Positions 11,170 to 25,069 of a stretch of DNA of 64,000 nucleotides are shown here, in pieces (within the stretch, counting starts at the first letter, position 1; each line of letters opens with the position of its first letter). Both the position numbers and the translations under genes were made by a program. The notes below the pieces were generated by a model that did not search any database, had not been told where the DNA came from, and saw only the letters and a list, made by a program, of their open reading frames with translations. This stretch comes from Kudoa neothunni (lineage: Eukaryota; Animalia; Cnidaria), in contig OZ199838.1 of the NCBI GenBank assembly GCA_964304625.1, positions 2,293,329 to 2,357,328 of the forward strand. The letters are read 5' to 3'.

Positions 11170-14100
11170 TAATAAATCTTCTGAATTTTGTGGGGAACTT
11201 TTTTATCAAGTCTATAGGGTCTATTTATCTACTGGGAAAAATAGCTAAGAATCGTGATGACGTTTTTATCGTTTGTTCTATCAATAAAATTGATTATTCG
11301 CGGGCGAATATAACATTTAAAATTTAATATGGTTCAAAATTGGTATGACAGTAAAGAAAAAAGGAAATATTTTACGATTTAGTTTCTGATAATAAGAATT
11401 AATATCTCCTGTTGATTTAATAGGGATTTCACCTATCAAAAAGACAAAACATGATACAAATAATGATTTAGAACCCTATAAGGAACAATTAAATAATGAC
11501 GATAAAGCTGAAAACAGTATACATCAGTCTATTAAAAGTTAACATTTAAATATGACAGTGGCTAATGAAATGGGAGGAAATTACTCTTAAACTAGCATGT
11601 TTAAATAATTTCAACTTCACTTTCCTAATAAATGATTTTTTCGCTAAATAATTTCTAATTTGGGGGAAAGATAGTGTGGTGGAATTTTCAGGTTGTTAAT
11701 GGTAATTGAGTTATTACATGACGTCATTTTAATTTGATAGATCACAGAAATTATAACATAAGCTGTCTGAAACAGCAAACTATTGTAATTACAAAAATTT
11801 CCTGTATTTCGTATGTTTTCCGTAATATGAATTTCCAATTGCAGGAGCACGCGCTATTATGTAAGAATTAGTAAACTAATGGTATTGGTTCCTCCGTTGA
11901 TTAACATCTCTCTGATTTTATACGTTCTATTATTGAGAATTTTAACCTTATTTATTAAATATTTTTTTCTTAAAGTTTATAAAACGTTTAATTTGTATTA
12001 GTGTATAACGCTTTCTATTTAAAGCAATGTTTCACTTAATTTATAAAATCGATAATAATTTTTTATTTTGATTTAGATTGATTTATGTTATATTGAACGA
12101 AGGATCATAAAAACTGATTATCGGCTAAACATATTGTAGTTATTGAGAAACAATAAAAATAATTAGTTGGATGAAATTTTAAATTGATGTAATATCACTT
12201 ACCCAACTTTTTACATGTTCAGTACCTAATCATTTGGGCGAAACAAATTAGATTCAGTTAAGCGAAATATTCTCAAACAATAAATCTGTGAGCATTTTTA
12301 CAGTTGGTAAGTATTATTTATAAATGATCATTTCAATTTATCAAATAGAAACCCCTTTTTATAAAATTAAAATATTATTGTTGAACTCTCATCAGATAAA
12401 CCACCAGCTTGGTATTGAAACGAAAACAACCTATTTTTGGAAGAATAATTTCTAGTAAGCAATAAAAACATTTCGAAATCTTAGGATGTGTATAAATTAT
12501 CGTGACCTAATTTATTATGATTTGGTGTTATCTTGTCCGTCTAAAGCAGTGTTTATCAGCATGGTGGCATCCCCCCCCCACCGGTGGAGCATGGAAATCT
12601 TTGCGTGTTTAATGAACGGCTCTTGTAGGACGTTGAAAACCTTGGACATTGATGTGACGTAGATAATGGTGAGATAATCGGGCAGTGTGGCGCGAAATGA
12701 AATAAACATTCCGATTTTTTTATCTTGTTTATTTTTAAGCGAATGTGAATATCCTAAAACAATTAAAAACACTGATTAATTATATAAAAAATATAAAAAC
12801 GTTTAGCATGGTTTTTGCTCAATAGAATCAGGATGGTTAAATTCCAATGTTGTCACATTTATAACCGTGATCTCCTCTTTTTTGATTTATCCAAAAAAAT
12901 ATTGATTAATTTTCAATATTAATTATCTAATTTTGGTTTATAAATCCCAAATACAGAAAAGTTTAGCCTGATACGAGTTTGATTACCGCAAGTTTCACTT
13001 AACTCGGTTTTTGACTGAATGAAGTAGTAAAATTGTTAATTTTTAAAGTTCACCTATAAATTAAATTAGATCTGATCGAATACATTTGAATTCTAATGAA
13101 AAGGAAATATATTAGTCATTTTCTAATTTTAATGTGTCATGAAGCTTGATTCGAAATTGCAAGCAGTTTATGTTAAAAAATCAATACATTTAAAAAAGGT
13201 GGGACGCGATAGAAAAAGTTTGGCAAATTCTGGTCTAAAGTAAAGAGCGCTTAGCGTTCTAGAGTGGCAACACTAACACTTGTTGGTATTTCAATAGAGA
13301 AACAAAAATAAAAAAAATAATTATATGCGCGAAATAACTATTCTCGGTGGGAATAAAAAATTGTCTTTGTGTTATTAATAGCCAAATAAACTGCATGTTG
13401 ATAAAACTAATATATCATTATATAGCGGAAAGAGAGTTCATTTAATATGTAAAATATTAGACTATATTAGACTCGCAAAAAGTAAAAATATAACATTTTA
13501 GAGATTATATAAACGGTGCATTATTTATCATCTTAGGAGTTAGCGCTGCTTGAATCATGCGCACCCCTGTAAATTTACATTAGTAATTTTTGATACTTTA
13601 CTTTGCATTATCCATATTACTCAGAATCAGAACAAATATAATCACATTGATAAATAAAAAATTGCCAACAAAGGATTTGAAAATAATTTTTAACCACCGA
13701 ATTCATTACCGTAAAATAAGAAAATTTGTTGTCTTGGATTTCTTTTAATAATAGTTTAACTTTTTAGCGAAAAAATTCAATTATTAGGAAAGTGGAGTTG
13801 AAAGTTTTATAAACTTGTTAGTTTAGGAGTAATTTCCTCCCGTTGCAATAGCCACTGCCTTTAAATATTATTATTGGTGGGGTTTTAAACCTCAAGATTC
13901 CATCGAAAGTAGGGTCAATCGTAAGGTCAGGCGGAAATCATATGACAAAAATTGAAGATATAAAGATGTTAAAAATAATTTATTACATCAATAAACCGAT
14001 AAATTCAATATTACATATTAAATTTATTTTCTGCGTGTGATAACTGTTATATTTTGTGATTTCTAACCCACATGATCAAGTCATTATATATCCTATTTCT

Positions 14101-14200
14101 TATAGAAAATACAAAATAACATAATAAATAGAAGATAATGAAAAGTTTTACATTATTTTGTATCTAATGAATGATAAATTTTTTATTTCTCAAAAGTTTA
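11170..14200. repeat. Dispersed repeat copy (11170-11549 plus 13861-14200) homologous to 25370-26080, split by an insertion
   Basis: cttctgaattttgtggggaac...gataaagctgaaaacag matches 25373-25735. taaatattattattggtgggg...catgatcaagtcat matches 25743-26080. Confidence 0.8.
11550..13860. mobile_element. Non-autonomous TIR element with ~100-bp TIRs at a TTAA site (Kolobok/T2-like)
   Basis: The left end gacagtggctaatgaaatgggaggaaattactcttaaact...tttttcgctaaa is the reverse complement of the right end tttagcgaaaaaa...gtttaggagtaatttcctcccgttgcaatagccactgcct. TTAA lies at 11546-11549 and 13861-13864. The right end reads TTAA|AGGCAG on the minus strand, as in Kolobok. Confidence 0.75.
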
Positions 14201-14556
14201 AGATTTTCAGCAACAGTTTTATATAAAGACTAGCACGATCCGATCCTGGGTATAGTACCGAAGAGATTATAACGGATTCATTGCACAAATGTTCAGCCAT
14301 TTTTTCAAGTTTGAGTGACAGAAATTCTTAAATAATTAAAATTATATATCTGTACTTATTATGTTAATCCATCGAATAAAAAATTAGGTTCTTTTAGATC
14401 CTAAAAATCTTGAGAGGGTGGTTGTTTTCGCTGACCTTAGAGCAGCGGCTCTAAACTTGGTGTTCACGAGTGATTTCAACAAAATTTGAATACAATTTTT
14501 CTCAACATGTTGTCATTTTAATTAGGTATTTTCTAATATTAGTGTAATTATTAAAA

Positions 14557-15720
14557 ACTAGCGCAAACTGCCCAGCATTGCTTGGGGAAGATTTCGCATA
14601 AAGACGTTTTTTAATAAAATTCAAAAAATATATTGCAGTTTCGGATTAATCCCTAGAAGCAGCTTAACTAAAAATGGTAAGCATCAAACTTTAAAAGATT
14701 TGGATTACGAAATTTAAATTATCATCATTTCTGTGTAGAAAAGTATCAATCCCGGCGTTCAATTAAAAATTTCGGTGGTCCAGCACCAACGCTAAATAAT
14801 TTAAGGTCAGTGTCGTATTTTTTGCATTACCGAATTATGTAAACTCTCTTAAAATGTTATCTAGAAGTTATTCACTGACCTGGGTATTTATCAAAGTCCA
14901 ATTATGACCCGGCTCAGTATGTTTGTACCTCACTGTTTAAGGAGGATAAAAAATAGAAAAAGATATAGAGATAGAATAAAATTTACAGAAATTAATTTTC
15001 ACTGTTCAAATTAATATCTTTTTCCTTGGCAAAAACTTTAGTGCTCTTTTCCGCAAGCAAGTTTAAATCTTGTCATTATCAACATAAACAATTTAATTAA
15101 TTATATGAAATGAAAGTAGAATCATTTGCATCGAATTTAATCACTGACAGTTCAACTTAGCGGACGATTTCAATGAAATCTACAGGCATAATCTTTTGAT
15201 TCTAAATTATCAATCTATCTGATTACAGCAAGCATTACAAATTCGCTATTTATGAAGCAAATATAGACCTTTTGCAATATTTAAAACCATACTGGAATCA
15301 TTGAAATGGGGCTTAATAATTCAAATATGTTAAACTCCCGACATAAGGAGTATATTTGCGCAAACACCCCAATGGAAACGTCAACTTTATATGAAGATAG
15401 ATGACATCGTTTTTATTAACAATTGATAAAATATAAATAGGAAAGTTAATTTCAATCGACTGTCAACACGACATAAGAGGGCGTTGATCCTGTTGTTGAA
15501 ATCGCGTAAACCGTTTCAACAAACTTAAATCGACCAAATCACCATTTTCTCAATATTTCTGGGGGAAGTTTGGTAGTGTGAAAACGATTCAAAGATTTTA
15601 AACATTGTGATTATTAAAAAATTTTATCAATGCCTCTTTATAAGGAAAACATTTTGATGCACATGTGTACTTGCTGATACACACACGGGCACTACTACTT
15701 TATATAGCAGGATAGTAGAT
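14557..15720 (+). mobile_element. Probable Helentron/HINE-like non-autonomous element
   Basis: Starts ACTAG...tgcccagcattgcttggg (short hairpin). Ends with acacacac...actactttatatagcaggatagtagat, resembling HINE/DINE-1-type termini. Confidence 0.4.
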
Positions 15721-16011
15721 ATATATAATAATAAATAATATACTTATTAAAAAGAAAAATCAGATGCGCGGAACGTGATAAAAGTAAATTTTAGTATGGT
15801 AGTAAGCTTAGCAATTAAATGGGTTGTCAAAAGAATTGGTTTTTAATGGGGAAAATTACAATTCTAGCAACATTAAGCTTGGTATGCTTTAGCCAAAATC
15901 GCCTTAGAAAGTAGACAAACATTCGGAAAAGTGAGAAGAAAAACAACTATTAACATAATATACATCATAGAAAAAGATTAGGATGGCTCTTTAGAAAATC
16001 ATTGCACCACT

Positions 16012-19000
16012 TTAAATATATTCATAAATGGCACTACAATAATAATGAAAGCATTAGTAAACATGTTGGTTAGCAACAGAGTGAAGAAATTTACGTAGTG
16101 GCAGAAGTTCTTCGGATATATTCAGAATCAATAAGTCGATTAATTTGGACTTTAAAGAGATCATAAGGCACTTCGAATCTATTGGAAAGCGAATCTTTCA
16201 CCTAATTTAAGTGTTAAAAAATCTTAGAAACATAATCCAAAATAATAAATAAGATTTTTTAGAAAGTTATACTTTCTGAATAAGATGATCATGATGGAGT
16301 TGTTTTTCCTTTTTCATAACATTAATAATACAAGCTTGTATTCTAAATGGAGTCACATTACCAATATGAATTGCAAAATTCGTACTGAAAAGCTTGAGAC
16401 TGTATTGAATTTTCCATAAATTTTTTGTCGCGCTCTTCCAATATATTACAAGGGGAGGCTAGAAATGCAATCAATACTTTGATTAATATCACATTCAATT
16501 ACCGGAATCAATAGTGAAGGTGCATAGGTTATATGTGAAATTTCGATCCATACTATACACAGCACAATCAGCTAAAACTTTATTAGCCAATTAGAGGGAG
16601 ATATAACAATAGTGCTCGTGTACTGTAAATACTTTCATGAACGGACTCGTTAATAAGAAGCAAATGAGGATTTCTCTCTGTAACTGCTAACGAATATAGT
16701 GCAGTCTTAATGTTATCTATAGGTAGATTGGTAGCTTCTTTTATTTGCTATCATCAACAATAAAAGCTATAGCATTAGTAAATAAGTTACTTTTACAGTT
16801 AATGAATTTCTATTCGAAAAGAGCATAAAAACGATCATACAACAAGTAGACATGGTGACATTATATTGTCGCTCAGGAAGTTCACAATCCTTAGAAACAA
16901 GTTCATATAGTATAGACAAACTTATTCGTGCATTATATATAAAAAATTACTTCAACAGCTGGAAAAGTTAAAGAGATTTCAGCAACGCCCTATCGGAATA
17001 GATTTTAAAAAATGCTGTTTAAAATACATTAGATGTCAATAATACATGAAAGGGTGATAATTCTAATTTTCTTTTCAATCTATCTTCAAGGTAATACCTA
17101 TTTTTGGAAGAGATTAAGGTTTTTTCGGCGTCATTATTGCTACAGTAGAGAATAATTACTTTTTCAAAAGTTGGAAAAATGTCGAGCAGCAATTAGGAAA
17201 ATTGGTAGGAACTGAAGGAATAGATTCAATAGGGCAGTACATTTTATTCAATATGTGCACATTGTAGGTGAAAGGGATCTGGTGCTATTTTTAGAAATTT
17301 TATTGTAAATGTTGTGCGATAAAATTTTGTCCAAATACCGAATATTCTTTCAACCAATCGTCAAAATCAACAGTTTGAATTTTGGACAAAGAGAACTCAT
17401 TTATAATATCAGACAGTGATGTCGCAAAGCTAATGCCACAATAATCCTAACAGCAATAATGCCATTCATCCCTCAGAGACAAATTCCATTATTGTACACA
17501 TACCTGCAGTATGCTAAGTATTCGTTTTTCAATATGAATATTTTGGGGACAATGGTTAGTCATTCGCTCAATAAGGCCATCGCGAAAAGTAGCTTTTAAA
17601 TAGTTCCTATAGCGAAAAGTATATAAATAATATTTAAATGGGTACGTTATTTAAATATTGAAAACATCGTTTTTGAATTAGTATTGAAAAGTTTATAGAA
17701 AGAATATTAAACTTAGGTTAAATAATACACTCCAGCTGCGTGTGAATAAAATTCGATATATAAACCCCGTTAGAAATTCATATATCAAGTTATTACATTC
17801 ATTATTAATATTATTTTATAAATCAAAAAATAAAATGAATAGTTTGATATTAATTAATTTTACTAACTATAATTAAGTGTTACTGTTTCACATATTTATA
17901 AATTTTTAAATGTTTCAAATTATTAGGGATTCAGCATTACTTAAATTCTCTTAAGATTAAAATATAATCTATGTATAATTTATTGTGGTTAATTTTAGAT
18001 AAAATTAAAGAATTAATAAAAATGTTAAGAGTTTACAATGATTTAATAAGTGATTCATAGTTTTAATAAAATTATGGACAATGGAATAAATTCTAATTAA
18101 TATAAGAAAATTTATTTATTACAATTATACCATGTTATACACAAGAAGTTAGTACAAAATTTACTTTGCGTTCGCATAAAATTGTATTTCATTTTATTTC
18201 TACATAAATTATATGAAAAGAGAATGAGTAATTATATATGAAAATAAAATTGACATTTTAAGGGTAGCCAAAATTAAAAACTTCAACTTTATGTAAAATT
18301 TATCCATAACATTAGAATGGAATATTTTATAATCAACAATTTTATTTTAATATTACAAAAGATATGAATGTAAAGAATTTAACTTTGTGCTAAGAGTATA
18401 TTTTCTTAGTTATGAATATTAATGGCTGAGAAGATTTTTTTATAATGAAAAATAGAAAAATTCATTATTTGATTAAAAATGGGATTAAAAGAAACAAAAT
18501 ATAAATATTCCGCTAATTAGAATCCTTCTCGATATCAAAGGAAACTACAACTTTTTTTCTACTTCTTATATTTTGAAAATTCATGTTGCGCAAGATTATT
18601 ACGTGATAATAAAATCAAATTTAATATTAAATCAGATAGGAAAATTATAAAATATGATAAAATCTGCTAATTATTAGAAAATAAACATATTACACAATTA
18701 GTAATAATTTTAAAATTTTTAAATAAAAGTAAAAAACATATTAAACAAACAATAGTTGAATACATAGGATTCTTATTTTAGTAAAAAAATAAATTCTAAC
18801 TATAAGCAGCCTGCGACTGCAGGAGAAATCTATGTGAAACCAATTATAATCTGTATTGAATCTTATCAACGTCAGAATAGTTATAGATTCAGTCTTGGTG
18901 AATTTGGATATTTAAAATAAAAGAATTAATCGAAATAAGTCAGTTCAGATTAAATATTATTCTCATTATTTTAGTGATAAAAAGTATAGAAAAGAGATAT

Positions 19001-22000
19001 TTTATCGTAATCGATAAATTAGTAATGTTGTCACGTGCACAATGTGAGGAATATTACATATTTTAAACTAAAATACATCAATAAAAAGCGAAATTAATAT
19101 AATGTACACAACCTAATTAAATCATGTCCATTTTCAGATTTAAATTTCAATATAGACTTTTAATGATAATAAATAAATAAAATATTTAATAGAAAAATGT
19201 TTTTTGATAAGTTAAATTTAGAACAAAAAAGAATTACTTTGTTTTTAATCAGTTTAAAAAACCGATTCATCCCTATAATCACACTATCATACTCTTCCAA
19301 TACGTTCTAGATGATTTTCGAACAAACAAATGAGAAATACCACCAATATAACCAGAAAAATACCTGCTTCAATAGAATAGATCGATGCAAACACATACAA
19401 AAATATTTGGCGAAATAGGGAGACGTGTTCAGCACATCAAGCACAGTCTAAAACTAAATAAGCAAGTGATTTTGTAATAGGCAACTAACACGATTGTAAA
19501 CATTCATCAACGTTGTGTTTTTGTTGAACGGTTGAACCACATTGGAATAGTAGTTGAGAAATTCGATGCAAGTCTGCAAAAAAACACACACGACACACAC
19601 AATCAACCGACAAATTTTAACTCAAAGTTGATACTGTAATGTATAGAAATGGTAATTGTGGTTCAAGTGAATCAGCAACGCGTTTGAGGAGACGGTTAAG
19701 TTTTTTTTGACCATCTTCAAGCATAATACGACCAAAATATTCAACGATTGGGCTCAAATTGACGTCAAATTTAATCGAGTAGTCAATAATCTTATGTAAC
19801 ACTACAGAGATGAATGATAAAAATAATTAAAAATGGCTGTAATGGAAAAAATAAACTAAAAAATACATTCAGTTTTTCTCTCTAATATGTAATTATCAAT
19901 TTTTATAGTTGACATTCTGTAGAAAATTTAAATCAAATAGTATTATCCACATTCGTTACCAGCAAAAACAAATCTGTAAGAATCTTCGAGAGAGAAATAA
20001 TCCAACATACTATTTCTAATAAAAAATGGATTGACAATATCGAAAATCTACATCAAAAATTCGTTCATTTAGTCCCATCTCCATAGCTAAAACTCTTTCA
20101 TGTTCCAACGAAACGATGACCTAATGAAAGAGAATTCAAAAGTAAAGATGGAAGACGAGATAGAGGTGGGTGGCTATTGGAATGCTAAATAATTGCTCAC
20201 AATTAAGTTTTTAGCTTAAAAAAACAATATCCTAAGAAATTTATTTACTCTTAGATTCCACGATTTATTCTATCATCTAATAAGCAATATACTCTTTAAA
20301 CTAGAATCTCTCAAATTAAATTAATCTCGTACCTCCTAAGAAAGTTTAAAAATGCAATGAAAATTAAAAATTGTTATAAAAAATGACTTATTTTTATTAG
20401 ATGACTATTATATTAAATTTCTTTACATCTTAAGTTTGACTAAATATGCTATATTCACAACTAATCCCATAAATAATTTTTTAAATTTCAATTAAATTTG
20501 ATTAACACCTAGCCTTTTAATATAAAACGTGAAGAATAATTCTAACTAATTTTTTCTAAAAATATAATTTAAACGAAAATTTTGAGTAAAAAACTTACGC
20601 TTAGGGATGTTTTAGGGGCAAAATAGTAAAAAGTCGCAAAATTTATCATATACTTTCATTCCTATTGAGTATTGGATGATATACGATTCTCTTTTCTTGC
20701 GCTTCAATTTTAAATCATGTTTAATTCAAATAAAATTTTGTTTAAATACAAAAAATTAATTTTTCTCGATTAAGCCATTTAGTAAAAAATATTGTCATTT
20801 AAACTTCTCCGTTTTAAAAGTAATTATCCTCTACTGAATATTCATGAAAATTAATCCACATCAAAAAGCTTCTAATACACAAAACGCCAGTTTTCAAGAA
20901 GGGCATGTAGATTTGGCTCCATAAAGATTAATTCATTTAATATTAAATAATATCAAATTTTTAATATTTCACAAAAATATGTTAGATACTTAATCCTCCA
21001 ACACCCGAGGAAAAAAGTTCCACGAAAACATGGAGGTGGCCTCTGTGACCACATGCAAAAATGTATTTTAAAATAATAAAAATCGTTGCACTTAAGGTTA
21101 ATTATTTACGTTATTTTTTGCATTTTAAAATAAGACAAATTTAATAAAAAAAATAAATGATACATTTTTATGGCGTTGTTTGCGCAAGCGCGGATGGCAT
21201 GAATAATTATGCCTGTATATATTTTAAATAGCGTGAAAAATTAGAGATCAACTGTTTTATTATTGCTTCATTTTTCACATTTTTTTCTTCTTATTATTAT
21301 TTTATTATCAAAATCCATTATTTTATTATGAAATCTCTCCTCATGTTGATAAGAAATATGTTAAATACATAAATTTCGTATTTTAAAAATCGAAATTCGG
21401 CATCACAAATCAATTTATGAATAAGAAATATATATTAATATATATATATATATATAGTGTAAGAACTTTTAGATTTTGAATTTTTGAGTTATGATAAGAT
21501 TGTCTAAATAAAACTTTAAATAGCTATATTTAATTCACTACTTTTGTTGATATGTAATTTAAACAAAATTATTACAATATTTGTGATTCCCATGTCAAAT
21601 TAAGTTAGTTAACAGAATCAAGTTGTTATAGAAACAAAAAATGGATTTTAAAATTTCTCATGCTTCAAAGTACATTTATAACTTTAAGTTTACTGCAGAA
21701 AAGTTTTTTTATATATTTTAACTATCTAAACGTTATTACTTATACGATGAGCATCACGTTGGATACATGTGTAACTTCTTGGCTTCTTTTGAGTTTAAAT
21801 GAAAAAAATTAAACGTAAAACTTCATTATTTAAGTATTTTTTAAAAGCACCATTATACTATAAAATACACGTCGGGAAAAAATGAAAATAAAATATTTTA
21901 CAAAAGTTATTGATATAACAAGCGCTGATTGGTCATAATGGTCACCTCCAGGTATTCGAGGGTTAATACTCTATTGTAAAACATAAAATTTTATCTGTAT

Positions 22001-23624
22001 CAATTTAAAATTTTAGCATGCTTGAGAGAACAATAACCAAAGAATGGTATTGAAGCAACATTAAATATAACAATCGATACATTTATATTACTTCTAAAGG
22101 TTCAATATTTTATTTACTTATTTTGGAAATATTTGAAAATAATAAAATTTACACAATATAATACTCGAATTGAACATCAGATTTTAAAAGAAATAAATTT
22201 TATAATAAATAAATTGAAAATTAGTTCTATTACGTTAAAAACAATTTCACTCATTTACTTCAACTGTAATATAAGAATGAAAAATATAAGTTTCAATAAA
22301 TTAATTACCAACGATGGTAGATTATAGAATTAGGATATAAGAAAATTCGAAGGTGCGCATCAAATTCAACATTAATTATAAATGGTTTATTGTTACAGTC
22401 AACAATATTTAGACGCGGAATTATTCCACCAACTATTTATTTTCATCATTTAATTTGAATGAATAATCAATAGTTTAAATAATTCGATGTGTACTACTCG
22501 AAATCAACATAAATGAATATAGCTGATTAACCGCATGAATAATTCAAACAAAATAGTGCGCATGCCTATATGGTTGAGTTAACAAACTGCCGCCATTCCA
22601 ACAGTCCCAACTTTTGGAAGTATGTATCAACCTTTTCAATCTCATCAAGATACATATCAGGAGTTGGATTCATGTTGAATTTCCCCTACAACCCAATCTA
22701 ACCCACAAACTAATTCATTTACACAACCTCGTAGGATTGATAAATCAATTCTTGAAGTTGATTCTCAATGATTTCGATTAAACTGAATTCTTTTTTTTTG
22801 AAATAATTAAACAATTTCAGCATTAACTGTGCTACGAGAAACCTACACAACACCAATTACCACATTTGGGGGGTGTTTGAAAAGTGATCTACTTATCGGT
22901 TTGAATAGTGGAGGGATTTCTCTTCTCTCTTATATCCATAATAAGGTTGATAACCGAATTCTGTAATTTGAATCGAAGCAAGTTGTTCGATTCAATCTAT
23001 AACAAATGTTAAAACAACATAAAAGACGACCAGAAAGAAGCACAAAAATTACAAATTGAATCATTCCTTGTTCGTATAATGATTTAATGCTTTTCAAGTT
23101 GTTACGAGAAATATATTTTTTCTCCATATACAGAAATACACAATGTGTGCTGGCGTGACATTTGACGATATCATCCAAAAAGTTGTTGATGTGTTTCAAA
23201 AACGATCCGTTATTTTCCTCGTCATTGTTCATACATCGGGTTAACTATAATATATGGAAATTGATCTCAATTTATCTATCCATCCTAATTGCAAAATCCA
23301 CCCCCTCGGTGATTATTTTAATACCTTAAGCCGAATGAATAGCTTGATATTGTTTTTCAATACTTTATAGGTTAGATTTGATCGGTTTCTCCTTACCAAA
23401 TAATATACTAGTCTATAAAATTCACAAATAGCACAACCGACCAAAAATCCATAAACTACCTATAGAGATACTCAAAATGTAAACCATCGTAGTCGTCGTT
23501 GTGTATACGATCGATAGCTGAATGTAAATCTTTCATAAAAGTTCGAAGTTGAGCCTCGTTAATTTCACTCTACATAAAGTTATACTGATGAAGTAGAAGT
23601 GTTTTAAACCTTCACCAATCCCAT
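16012..23624 (-). CDS. CUL3: Highly divergent cullin-3-like E3 ligase scaffold (multi-exon; 4HB segment not cleanly threadable)
   Basis: Spliced peptides match CUL3 in order. N-terminal half: MGLVK|SEINEAQLRTFMKDLHSAIDRIHNDDYDGLHFEYLYR|LVYYLV (cf. GLSFEELYRNAYTMV); CVFLYMEKKYI (cf. DILMYMDRVYV). C-terminal half: DGLIERMT..IEKRILSILQ|DYCGISFATSL (cf. [28 protein letters not shown]); YNVHILNKMYCP; MSTCCMIVFMLFSN; QIKEATNLPIDNIKTALYSL; IQACIINVMKKEK (neddylation Lys); LFKVQINRLIDSEYIRR; AIYEYI*, stop at 16014-16012. Includes ~2.5 kb and ~1.5 kb introns or gaps. Confidence 0.85.
20990..21966. mobile_element. piggyBac-type MITE inside the large cullin intron
   Basis: TTAA|TCCTCCAACACC at the left and GGTATTCGAGGG|TTAA at the right. 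Subterminal tggaggtggcctctgtgacc is inverted relative to ggtcataatggtcacctcca. Confidence 0.65.
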
Positions 23625-25069
23625 TTTCCAATTCGTTCGATCTCAGTGATTTTCGGTACCAACTTATTAAAGCCAATCAATCCTCTTTCATGTTATTTTT
23701 CTTTGTTAATATTCGAAATTTTTAAGTTTTTTTATTTTTCTCCAGTTTTCTAATTAAGTTTCGATCCAATCTTCCTTATTCTATGTAGATTAATTTTTAG
23801 TTTTAAAATTCAACAAATTCATTGTTTTATCTAACCTTAATATCCGATTCTCATTTTCAATAGTGTGCTAGTTTTTTAATACACAAAAACATCGTTAATT
23901 TCCATCTTTGAGGTGATATACTAAGTCATTGTACCTAATTTGTTTAGCGTGTAGGGCTCCAACTCAAATCTAAACGCCCAACAAACTGTTTTATGTCTTT
24001 ATGGAATATTAACTCATATTATTCTCTCCAAAATTTATATCAATAAATGGCGAAATTTATTTTAAAAAAATTATCATGTGAAGTTCCGAGTGCACGTTTT
24101 TGCTGTTTTTAACATTGATAAATTAAAATTAGTCTAAGTGTTAGTTTCTCAAACCTTAAAAAATTATAAAAATCAATATTCTGATGGGTCTATATGTTAT
24201 AATTTGGGCAGAGTTGGCATTTGCTCAGCTATGTGAGACTCGAGATTCTGATTCGCGCTTAGGTTTGGCATCTCTCGGTATGAATCGAGATTCATTTAAT
24301 TTTACGCTTAAAGATGGTTCTTAATTAGGTGTGTTTGGGTGATACCAGATTAACATGAGGCTTGAATATTTGACAGAGGGTTGAAAAATAGCATCCATAC
24401 ACCTATGCTGTATGTTTATTCAATGTGTGCGTACGCATGAAACCATGCTACGAGATACCAACTCTACATTGTTGCTATCTACAGGCATAAACTATAAAGT
24501 TATTTCAATTGTAATTTCGTGAAATTAAAAAATTCTGTATCAATAATGAGAATGTCATTGTAAATTTTGCGAGATTTACAAAAATTTGCGCACGTTGTTC
24601 CCTTAATGGTTCGAAACTAAATTTTATTCTAGAATGAAATAGTAAGAGAAAAATTTCATCTCATATTAACTACTTTTATGTTTTGATTAAAACTTAATTC
24701 GAGTTAAGTCAGGAGTCGAACGAAAGTGTGATCTCCATTTTGTTTACAAAGTAATAATTTATTATTTTGTTATCACATACTTGAACGGGGTTTTTAACTG
24801 AAATAGTTAATTAAATTTGTAGTTATTACGTAACAATATGTAATGTTCGATTGCGAGTTAAAGGTCTAATTGCTGCTCCAATAAATATATACAGCAGGTA
24901 ACAAGTCTCGCGCACACTCAATTTAACGCATATTTTAAAAAATGTATCTTATTAACATATTGATTGGTTTTTGTTTCGTTAATAATTTTCTTGCAAACTT
25001 TTGGTCTAAATGTTTATAAAAATAATCTTGAAGTAGATAACTAATGTAAGTGGAAGTCACGTGATTGAG

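Noticed and set aside
12560-12700. GC-richer patch containing cggtggagcatg, reminiscent of SSU rRNA
   Set aside because: Only ~12 nt match and the flanks do not follow rRNA. It lies inside a transposon.
19075-19112. VVYILISLFID peptide as the missing cullin 4HB exon
   Set aside because: It resembles LSLFID but runs into a stop and I could not link it onward. The copy at about 17732-17767 aligns better in register. Left unresolved.
19240-23624. Truncated N-terminal-only cullin (CACUL1-like)
   Set aside because: The cullin homology domain and neddylation winged helix are present downstream at 16012-17600 on the same strand.
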